Part shown: positions 14,241-24,990 of the stretch, in pieces
Position numbering within the stretch: the stretch's first letter is position 1
Layout: every line of letters begins with the position of its first letter
From: Mobula hypostoma
Taxonomy: Eukaryota
Assembly (NCBI RefSeq): GCF_963921235.1
Contig: NC_086108.1
Span: 98,830,001 to 98,894,000, forward strand
Reading direction: 5' to 3'
DNA: 64,000 bases
Notes under the pieces: generated by a model
Database searches by the model: none
Told to the model about the DNA's origin: nothing
Seen by the model: only the letters and a program-made list of their open reading frames with translations
Position numbers and translations under genes: made by a program

Positions 14241-14399
14241 TTAGAAATGATTAACGCATACAACACTCGTTCTCCCTTGGAAGTGCTTTGCTTTCAGCTC
14301 TTGCAAGCTGTGCCAATACCAGGCAAAACTCTTCACCTGCATATCTACTCAGGTTCTTAGTCTCTCTATGAGGTCTGAATGAGCACTGGAAGGTCAGTC

Positions 14400-15299
14400 A
14401 GTAAAATGACTGCATAAGGACCCATTCTGAATCTTCTGCTCAGCCTGTGATCTTGACTTGAGAGAAGAGGAAGAATTTTGTGAGCTGTAGTCTGATTGTA
14501 CACTCAAGATGAGATTTACTGACCTGTCCCAGACTAATTCTGGAATTCTGTGAAAGAGGAGTATCCTGCCATTCATAGGAAAGCAATGAACATTTTGTTC
14601 CAGTTTTCAACTTCTTACATGTGTGAGCAAGCTTTTTCTTGTTTAACAAGCATTAAGAGCAAGGATAGAAATCGTCTTTCAGTTGAAGGTGAAATCTGTG
14701 TGTGCTTATCTCAAATTCCACCCAGAATTGAGTATTTTTGCAACAAAAAACAAGCACAGGTTTCATGTGCTGGGCCTGTATTTGAGCCTGATCACGTCAG
14801 TTAATAGGAAAACATTTTTACCAAAGTCTTGTATAAAATTGTGTCTCAGGCTAAGTTTTATTTATACACCTTCCCTGGTTTTTAGTAACTTTACTATTCG
14901 ACATTGTCAACAAATTTTCATGCTGTTAATAGCATTAATTACAATCGATTTACAACCTTTATTTAAATTAAATCTACTGAGCTTACCTTTAGAAAAATTA
15001 AATCCCATCTTGGCTTAAGCCAATGCTTGCCTTATGAGCTTTTAAAATATATGAAAGGGAAAGAAAGACTAATTTCAAGAAAGGTAATCTAAGCTTAACG
15101 ACCTATTTTTTTCCAAGAAAGGCTGGCTAAGTTTCATTCTCTACTCAAAAGGCAATTATTTTTGGATTATTATATCTACACCTTACTGATCACGCTAACG
15201 TACTGTGAGCTGTAGATATAATAATTTTATGCAGGGGTTCCCCAAGACCTGAAAATTATTTCAAGGGTTCCTCCAGGGTAAAAAGTTTGAGAAAGGCAG
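14400..15299 (+). mobile_element. hAT (Buster/Charlie-like) transposon 3' remnant
   Basis: C-terminal dimerization motif EEYPAIHRKAMNILFQFSTSYMCEQAFS...KDRNRL...KQAQVS; Charlie-like right end GGGTTCC...AAAAAGTTTGAGAAAGGC. Confidence 0.75.
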
Positions 15300-16004
15300 A
15301 TCTAATATTTACTAAGCAACTTAGTGACCAGTCTATTGTCACTGATTAATGGAATGTTGGTTAGAAAAATCTCCTGTCACCCCTTAACGAACTTAGTGAG
15401 GAGGGGCTTGCCTTCTAAATGGCACAGTAAGTCGTTCTGTGGTTATTTTTCCTTTCACCATTCTGAACTAATCAGCACTAAGGTAAACACCAATTGACGT
15501 TAGTAAATGATTGCAAAGTCTTTCCCAGAGTAGAAATGTCATGTGATAGAAGGACATAGCTGTAAGGCTGGAGGAGAAAAGTTGAAAGGACTAAGTTTTC
15601 TTTTACACTAAGAATGGTAGGAACCTGGAACATACTGCCAGGAGTGGTGGTAGAAGCTGACAGGATAGGGATATTTAGAGGCATTTAGATATGCACATGA
15701 AAATGTAGGGAGTGAAGGGATATAGACCAATTAACCAATTTCCCCCCGGATCAATAAAGTATGACTATGACTATGATATAGATGTGTAGAGAGATATGCT
15801 CAGTTTAATTTGCCATCATGGTCAGCCCAGATATGATAGGTTGTAGGGCCTGTTTCTTTGCTATTCTATTTTTATAAAATAAAACTGTGAATTAATCTTG
15901 CAAGAAAGATTTACGTTAAATACTTAAAGGTGGAATGGACACTGAAATGTTCTGCAAAGCCAGTCTTACATAAACCATGCACCAGAAGTCAGCATTAATA
16001 CTTA

Positions 16005-16208
<204 letters not shown>

Positions 16209-18012
16209 TTAAGTTTTGCACTGAGGGAATGAACAGAATTCAGACAAAAAATATTCATTTGCTATTGCAAAAATTTCAAAATGTTATTAGTTTCAAGTAT
16301 ACATTTATTGTATAACTAAAGGTGTTTTTCATCAGTACTTTAAATAATGTTGCCATAATGGAGCTAGTGCTCAAACTCAAGCCTAACATCTATGAGTGGA
16401 TCTATAACCTATAGGCACATGTTTGCTTCACTTTAAGTAGAATTATGCAAAAGCGATACTGGTTTAAAAATGTAACCACAGAAAACAGTATAAAAACAAA
16501 TGTCCATATTCAGCACAGAAGATAGCACTGGATGATAATCAAAGAAAAGATAACTTGTTCTAAAAAGAAATACAAGTTCAGATTTAATTGTCATTCAACC
16601 ATATATGAATACAGCCAAATGAAACAATGCCATGAGCAAGCTCCAGGGCCAAGATGCAAACACAGTACCAACAGTCATACACAGCAGAAGGCACCTATAG
16701 CACATATAAAAAAGCAAACACGTAAGATAGCAGTAAAATATAGCCACACACAAAAAATATAGTCCAAGTTCCTGAGTCCATGAACGTTGCAGCAGTCTGC
16801 AGTCGAACACAATACGGCTTGTCTGCTGTGAACACCAGAGCCAGCACTGACTCCAGTTTGGACACAGTGCCATGCCACCGCCAGTGGTGTGCACCAACTC
16901 CAACGTCTCTCTTCTGAGCAGCTGTAAGCAGGCGATACCGTGGCTTGAGGCTTAGTCCTTGCCTCGGCTCAGGTCATGCAGCTCTCCTGCAGTCCGCCTG
17001 CCAATAAACCAGTGAATCGTACTTGCATCATTCCACGTTAACCATGCAAAAACAGGGTCTTGTAATCACAAGAAAAGTGACTAAGTCGATCACTTGCTGT
17101 TCGACTGCACACCGCCTTTCAGTGCCAACTCCTCTGACTCCTCCCTGATGCAGGCACACCACACGATCCATACCAAGTCCAGATCCTTCAGTTTCTCCAC
17201 CAATGAGTAAATTGTTGATGGCGTAGGCCTGTAGTACTTTAAATTCTTAATGTCCAGCAGGGTGTTGCTATCGTTAAAAATGTTTTTTTAAAAAAAAAGA
17301 CATTAACACCTTTTGTTGACTCTGTAGAAGCTGCTGTGTCTGAACACACTGCCATCTTACTGGAATACATTTACTCCAGGTTCACCACGGCAACATGAAA
17401 GACTTTTCCTTCAGATGTTAGAAATAAAGGCATTCACTAATAATAGAGAATAGTGAATCAAAATCAGATATAACACTGGTTTAAATGACATGAAATTTGA
17501 TGCTTTGCAGAAGTATAGTGCAAAGACAAAAGAATTACAATAAACTACATAACTAAATAGTGCATAACAAAAAGAATAACTAAGTAGTGTCCATAGGTTT
17601 GTAGATCATTCAGAATGGTGGGGGAGGGAGAAGCAGTTTCTAAATCGATGGGTGCAGGTCTTTAGCCAGAGGTTGGCAAATATCTGGAATTCATTACCAC
17701 AGATGGCTGTGGACGCCAGGTATATTTAAAGTGGAGGTCGATAGGTTCTTGATTAGTAAGGACATCAAAGGTTAGAGGAAGAAGGCAGGAGAATGGGATT
17801 GACAGGGATAATCAGTCATGGTGGAATGGTGATAAAACACTTCATGGGCAAAATGGCCCAATTCTGCCCCTATGTCTTATGGCCTTCGGGCTCCTGTGCC
17901 GCCTCCTTGAAGGTGGCAACAGCAATGGACTCTGGAAGACTTCACTGAACATTATTACCCCCTTTCATCAAACAAACTGATACTTTGCATAAATAAGGTC
18001 ACTACAGGCTTA

Positions 18013-18144
<132 letters not shown>

Positions 18145-18198
18145 TCACACCAAACTACATAAAACATATACTGGCATTTCCTGTCATTTTTGTATTAC

Positions 18199-18274
18199 CT
18201 TTCCAAAGTGTCCCCTGCCAAGCACAGCAACACACCTGAAGTCCAGAAGACTAAACTGGAATCTTTGCGGTATT
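18199..18274 (-). CDS. PKN2: PKN2 exon 14 equivalent, kinase glycine-rich loop
   Basis: ttcAG/GTAATA, 76 bp; (R)IPQRFQFSLLDFRCVAVLGRGHFGK. Confidence 0.96.
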
Positions 18275-18621
18275 CTGAAGAAGTAAGAAATGAAAAACTG
18301 TGATATATCAAACCTTAAAACTGCTAACACACACAAAATACTGGAGAAACTCTACAAGTCAGGCAGCATCTATGGATGCTGCCTGGCTTGTAGAGGTCAA
18401 GACCCTTCATCAGCATCTGGATAATTTCTTGTATTTGTAATTCTGCTTTTAGATTAGAATTCATAAGTTCAAGAAAGGTCATTTAACTATTTCTTCAACC
18501 TGCAGATATAGATCAGATTGGAAAGTGCAATAGGATGTAAATCAGATAGAAAGTTGGGCAGAGCATTGGCAGATGGATTTTAATTCAGGCAGCTGTGAGG
18601 TCAGGTGGCGGGGTGGAGATA

Positions 18622-20206
18622 CAGTGGTGCTAGAAAGTTTGCAAACCCTGTAGAAGTTTCTCTATTTCTGCATAAGTATGTCCTAAATGTGATCAGATCT
18701 TCACTTAAGTCCTAAAACTAGATAAAGTGAACCCAACTAAATAAATAACACAAAAAAATTATACTTGTCCATTTATTTTTTGAGAAAAATGATCCAATAT
18801 TACATGTATTTGTTGGAAAAAGTATGTGAACCTCTGGGGTAATGCTTTCTATAAAAGCTGTTTGGAGTCTGGTGTTCCAATCAATGAGGTGAGATTGGAA
18901 GTGTGGGTTGTAGAGGTGCCCTGCACCATAGAAAGTCAGGTTACTGACAGAGCTTGCTCTTCTCAAGATCTGTTGATGTGCATCATGTCTCGATCAAAAC
19001 AACTTCCAGAGGATGTTAGAAGAATTGTAGAGATGCTTGAAGCTGCAAAAGGCTACATAAGCATTTCTAAAGACCTGAGTGTTCACTAGTCCACAGTAAG
19101 AGAAACTGTCTACAAATGGAGGAACTCAGTACAGTTGCTACTCTCCCAGGGAGTGGGCATCCTGCAAAGATCACACCAAAAGCACAATGTGCAATGCTGA
19201 AGGAAGTGAAAAAGAACCAAAGGGTAAAAGCAAAAGATCTGCAGAAATCTCTAGACCTTGCTAGAGTCTCTGTTCATGTGTCCCCTATAAGAAAAACACT
19301 GAACAAGGAAGGTGTTTGTGGAAGGACACCACGGAGGAAACCACTGCTCTCCAAAAAATTCATTGCTGCACATCTCAAGTTTGAATATCTGGATGTTTTA
19401 CAACGCTTCTGTGACAATGTTCTGTGGATAGGTGGGATAAAAGTTGAACTTATTGGCAGAAATGCACATTGTTGTGTTTGGAGGAAAAGGGGCACTGCAC
19501 CAGCACAAAATCTCATCCCAAATTGTGAATAGTAGCATAGTAGAAGGAGCATTATGGTTTGGGGCTGCTTTGCGGCCTCAGGGCCTGGACAGCTTGCAAT
19601 TATTGAGAAAACGATGAATTCAAAATTGTATCAAGACATTTCACAGCAGCCTGTCACCTGCAGTTTAACAGAAGTTAGATTATGCAACAAGACGATGATC
19701 CAAAAGACAAGAGTAAATCACCAAGAGAATGGCTCAAAAAGAAGAAAATCTGTGTTTTGGAATGGCGAAGTCCAAGTCCTGACCTAAATCCTATTGAAAT
19801 GTTGCAGAAGGATCTGAAGCAAGCAGTTCAAGCAAGGAAGCCCACAAGCATCCCAGAGTTGAAGTCGTTCTGTAAGGAGGAATGGCCTAAAATTCCTCCA
19901 AGGCGATGGGCAGGACTGATCAACAGTAACCGAAAACGTTTGGTTGAAGTTATTGCTGTACAAGGGGGTCACACCAGTTACTGAAAGCAAAGGTTCACGT
20001 ACATTTTCCAACAAATACGTGTAATATTGGATCATCTTTCACAATAAATAAATAAATGAACAAATATAATGCTTTTTGTGTTATTTATTTAATTGGGTTC
20101 TCTATCTAGTTTTAGGACTTACGTGAAGATCTGATTACACTTAAGGTCATATTTATGCAGAAAGAGAGAAAACTCTACAGGGTTCACAAACTTTCTAGCA
20201 CCACTG
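18622..20206 (+). mobile_element. Full-length defective Tc1 transposon (second family)
   Basis: TA|CAGTGGTGCTAGAAAGTTT ... AAACTTTCTAGCACCACTG|TA; ~210-bp inverted repeats; MSRSKQLPED, MVWGCFAASG, QQDDDPK, SPDLNPIE. Confidence 0.92.
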
Positions 20207-20943
20207 TACGTCTCTACCAAAGGAGGTGTAAGGCGTTCCTTCCCTCCGCTACCCTGCGGGTTGCACTTGGGCAAGGTGTGGCACCTGCTTAGCCCCCCAA
20301 TCAGGTTCATGTGGTGGATGAGCAGCTGGTGTATATCACAAGTGCTAGAAATGCGACTGCTAACACTAGGCAGACAATCTCTGAAGAGTATTGGTAATGA
20401 CTAAGGTCACTTGTCTGGCAGGCACACAGCGTAGGAGAAGGCAATGGTAAATCACTTCTGTAGAAAAGGATTGCCAAGACAATCATCATCGTGCCAATGG
20501 CTCAAAAGGAAGAAGATTTGTGTTTTAGATTGGCCAAGTCAAAGTCCTGATTGCCTCCATAATACAACATGGCACATAATAATGGTAACAAAATGTGAGG
20601 TAATGCATTTTGGGAAGTCAAACAGATAGGATATGCAAACATTCGGAGGTTAAGAAATGTGGATGAATGTTTGGCGTTTAAGTCTATGGTTTACTGAAAG
20701 TGGTAATAGAGGTGGATAGGTTGATGAAGATTGGCATACGGCCAGATACACTTACTATGTTTAACAGGCATTTAGACAAACACTTCAGCAGGCAAACCTA
20801 ACATGGGTAAAGGAAATTAGTATACAAGGGCAACAAGGTTGGCACGGACATTTTGGGACAAAGGGCATATTTCTGAGCAGTACAACTCCATGACTATAAC
20901 AAAGAGCTGTTGCGAATAAAGCACTTGAAAGTAAACACAGTAC

Positions 20944-21080
20944 CGTTTATCTTCTGGCTGTGGGAGTGTTCGAAATTCTAGTTCTTGACGGGGTCGTTCA
21001 GGCACAGATATTCTATTGTTCTCAACATTAGAAACAATGTTGTTTCTATCATTCAGAAAATCAAAAGTTGAGAGTGCTTC
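20944..21080 (-). CDS. PKN2: PKN2 exon 13 equivalent, linker
   Basis: tgcAG/GTACTG, 137 bp; EALSTFDFLNDRNNIVSNVENNRISVPERPRQELEFRTLPQPEDK; bridges phases of exons 12 and 14. Confidence 0.85.
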
Positions 21081-22221
21081 CTGCAAAAGACAAAGAAAAT
21101 CAACATTATTTCAAAATTTAAAAAACATTACATAAAGGATTGTACAACATGGGAATAGAAAGTGTATCAAAATGTCTCCTAATGTATCTTAATTTGTGAG
21201 TCGAATTGCAACACTGGTGTCATTAGAATTGCCAACCTCAAAAAGAAAAGTCTGTACTTGCCTTTTTAAAATAGGTAAGCTTCCCCTTTGAATTGTCAGG
21301 TAATTGAGGATATGGAAGAGAAAAATCAGTAAGATTGCTAGAACTATGAAATCAATGGTTAGGGCCCAGTGAATCATTGTAGGTAATTCTGTGCACTGTA
21401 TTTAAAGGTTGTAGACACAATAGGAGAGAGATTTACTGGGATGGATGATTTTCAATTATATAGAGAAGTTGGAAAGGTTTAAGGCAGAGCACGGGCTGTG
21501 CCCAGCAGACAGAACATGTCTTATAAGGAATGGTTGAGCAAACAAGGGCTTTTTTCTTCGGAGCGAAGGAGGACGAGAGGTGACTTGATACAGATAGAGG
21601 AAACAGCCACTGCCTTTTTCCCCAGGATGGCAATAGTTAAAACAAGAGGTCATACTTTCAAGATGATGGAGGAAAGTTTAGGATGGATGGCAGAGGCAAG
21701 TTTTTTTCCTCCCCCCACACAGACAGTGGTAGGTGTTGAGGGTGATGGTAGAGGCAGATACATTGGGGATATTAAAGACTTTTAGATAGGCGCATCGATG
21801 AAAAAAGCATTGAGGGCTATGTGGGAGGGAACAGTTATAAGTTAAAAGATCGGCGCAATATTGTGGTCAAGGGTCCCGTACTGTGCCGTTATGTTCTCAG
21901 CTGGATCAGGAATACCCTGCTGTAGAAGGTGATGCAAAACTGATTCTGTAAATAATGCAAAAAGGGAGCTGGACATATTCTTGTGGAGATCGAAGACAAA
22001 GGGATACAAACAAAAGAATGTGGGACTAAGTACGACTAGTCCTTTGATGAGCGAGCACAGCCACACAGTAGAAATGCCTTCATTTGTGATGCTCCTTTCC
22101 TTTTCCTTGAGGCTCACAGATCTTCCACGGTGACTACATTTCAATTTAAATAAAAGCACATCGCTCATTCAGCCTCTCTTCCTTCCATCCTCAACCTGAC
22201 TTGAGGCAATGGAGTTGAATT

Positions 22222-22958
22222 TGAATTGACTATATTTCTTCCATCCTTCACAATCATGAGTAAAAATCTTTATGTTACATCTCTGTCTGAATGTACAACG
22301 TGCAATTTATAGTAATTTGTAATAAATAGTATGTACAACAGTTAATATGGTATAGAAATACAATTGTATCAGCATGAATTAATCAGTCTGATGTTCTGAT
22401 GGAAGAAGCTGTCCAGGAGCCTGTTGGTCCTGGCTTTTATGCTGCGGTACCATTTCCCAGATGGAAGCAGCTGGAACAGCTTGTGGTTGGGATGACTCAG
22501 GTCTCCAATGACCCTTCGGGCCCTTTTTATGCATCTGTCTCTGTAAGTGTCCTGAATAGGAGGAAGTTCACATCTACAAATGTGCTGGGTTGTCCGTACC
22601 ACTCTCTGCAGAGTCCTGTGATTGAGAGAAGTACAGTTCTCATACCAGGCAGTGATGCAGCCAGTCAGAATGCTCTCAATTGTGCCCCTGTAGAAAGTCC
22701 TTAGGATTTGGGTACTCAAACCAAACTTCTTCAACCGTCTGAAGTGAAAGAGGCGCTTTTTTCACCACACGGCCGATACATACAGACCACGTGAGATCCT
22801 TGGTGATGTGTACGCTGAGGAACTTCAACCTTCTCAACACCAGATCCATTGATGTCAATAGGGGTTAGCCTGCCTCCATTCCTTCTGTAATCCACAACCA
22901 GCTCCTTTGTTTTTGCAACATTGAGGGACAAGTTGTTTTCTTGACACTACTGTGTCAT
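22222..22958 (-). mobile_element. Rex/Babar LINE 3' fragment
   Basis: LNVAKTKELVVDYRR, KFLSVHITKDLTWS, FYRGTIESILTGCITAWY, LLPSGK, DSFFHQ; (TTCAA)n-like tail. Confidence 0.85.
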
Positions 22959-23633
22959 TCGTTTCTGATAAATCAATCTGGATAGACCATCTCAGAGGAA
23001 AGTGAAAGGCCTTCATTATCCTCTACTCTTCATCATATCATGTTCTAGAGTAAATCTGGAAGCAGACCTTCAGACCTTTACAAGACAATGCAAATTGTTG
23101 TTCCAATAACAATGAACACTGATTTGTAATCTATCTCATTCCTTCAAAACAGGGATTGCCTTTGTTCTATTACTTTTGGTGAATGATGCTAATTAAGTCC
23201 TTACAATGCAGAAGATTCAAAAGGCAATAAGACAAAGGAGGATACCAAGGAAAACGTGGAGGGAAAGTCGTTGGGTGCATTTAAAGCAGAGCTTGATAAG
23301 TGCTTGAAAGGGCATCAAAAGTTACGGGGAGAAGGCAGGGGAATGGAATTTAGAGGGCAAATAAATCAGCTATGATGGAATGTCAAAGTAGCCTCCGTTG
23401 GCCCAAAGGCCCAATTCTGATCCTGTGTCTTACGATCTAGTAATTGTTCAGCAGGCAGAATAATAGCTCAGCATGGCCAGATGGGTCAAAGGCCTGTTTC
23501 TGAGCTGCAATGTTCTATAACTCTATAATCGAACAAAATATAATCAATTCCTATAGTTGTAAAAAGCAGCTTAGAAGATAAGGTAACTGATGAAATCAAG
23601 CCTTTCCCTTTAAACAGTTTTTCGGGATCCTAC

Positions 23634-23754
23634 CTGAATCCCATCTGGGATCCTTACTTCAGTTGTGGTTCCTCCGTTTTCTCCAAGGGATGAAGCTCGT
23701 GGTGGCGTGAGTGGAGGTTCAGATTCAAAATCTAGTTTTCCTACTGGCAGATCT
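23634..23754 (-). CDS. PKN2: PKN2 exon 12 equivalent, proline-rich linker
   Basis: tttcAG/GTAGGA, 121 bp; DLPVGKLDFESEPPLTPPRASSLGENGGTTTEVRIPDGIQ; phase 2 to 0 fits neighbours. Confidence 0.9.
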
Positions 23755-24330
23755 CTGAAAAGTAATGCAGTACACAAATTCAGTCACATGCCACAACCTT
23801 CAGACACACAGCAAAATGCAAATTAAAGCACCAATGTTATAAATAAGTGACAAACAAAAAGGAACGGCAGTTGCTAGGAATCTAAAACAAAGAAAAAATA
23901 CTGGAAACACTCTGCAGGTCAGACATCAACTATAGAAAAGAGTAAATGATTCACGTCAAAGACCATTTCTCAGAATAAAAGATAAACTTGTTTGATATAA
24001 TCCAATTTCTAAATTAACTTTGAATGCTAAAAACAAAACCATTTAACCGTCTGCATTCGGACATCGCTAACGTGCCACAACTAGCAAATAGGCTGTATGA
24101 TTCAAATGTGACCACTCCAACACCTACCAACAAAACAAATTCCCCCCCTCCCACCCCATCAAAGTCCAAAATATTAAAAGTTCCCAGCTCTTTAAACATT
24201 TCAAGTACAAAGGCAGCATTCTGATTCGGCACGCAAACACGAGGAAATCTGCAGATGCTGGAATTTCAAGCAACACACAAAAATTGCTGGGGAACGCAGC
24301 AGACCAGGTAGCATCTATAGGAAGGGGTAC

Positions 24331-24366
24331 AGTTGATGTTTCGGGCCGAGATCCTTCGTCAGGACT
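24331..24366 (-). ncRNA. Minimal hammerhead motif, mirror copy (sense to PKN2)
   Basis: AGUC-CUGACGA-AGGAUCUCGGCCC-GAAACAUC-AACU; CpG-decay-type changes in the helix III loop and helix I. Confidence 0.55.
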
Positions 24367-24666
24367 AACTGAAAGAAGAGATAGTAAGAGATTTGAAAGT
24401 GGGAGGGGGAGGGAGAGATCCGAAATGATAGGAGAAGACAGGAGGGACAGGAGGGATGGAGCTAAGAGCTGGAAAGTTGATTGGCAAAAGGGATATGAGA
24501 GGATCATGGCACGGGAGGCCTAGGGAGAAAGAAAGGAGGAAGGGAGAAGTCCAGAGGATCTCAGGGAGTATAGTGAGAAGGACAGAGGGAGAAAAAGGAG
24601 AGAAAAATTTTTTTAAAAAAATTATATATATATATATATAAAATAAATGAATAACCGATGCAGTAG

Positions 24667-24708
<42 letters not shown>

Positions 24709-24954
24709 TATTTTTCAATTTTTTTTTCTCTCTCCTTTTTCTCCCTCTGTCCCTCTCACTATACTCCGAGATCCTCTGGGCTTCTCCCTTCCCCCTTTCT
24801 TTCTCCTTAGGCCTCCCGTCCCATGATCCTGTCATATCCCTTTTGCCAATCAACTTTCCAGCTCTTAGTTCCATCCCTCCTGTCTTCTCCTATCATTTCG
24901 GATCTCCCCCTCCCCCTCCCACTTTCAAATCTCTTACTAGCTCTTCTTTTAGTT

Positions 24955-24990
24955 AGTCCTGACGAAGGGTCTCGGGCTGAAACGTCGACT
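24955..24990 (+). ncRNA. Minimal type I hammerhead ribozyme motif
   Basis: AGUC-CUGACGA-AGGGUCUCGGGCU-GAAACGUC-GACU: helix I AGUC/GACU, core CUGANGA and GAAA, GUC cleavage triplet; helix II imperfect. Confidence 0.7.

Noticed and set aside
14550..14804. ZBED/Buster-like host gene exon
   Set aside because: Only a decayed C-terminal fragment followed by a transposon end; treated as a hAT remnant.
18370..18395. Short hairpin CAAGTCAGGCAGCATC-TATG-GATGCTGCCTGGCTTG (~18355-18390) as a terminator or miRNA
   Set aside because: Better explained as a small local inversion within a decayed PLE-derived repeat; too short for a pre-miRNA claim.
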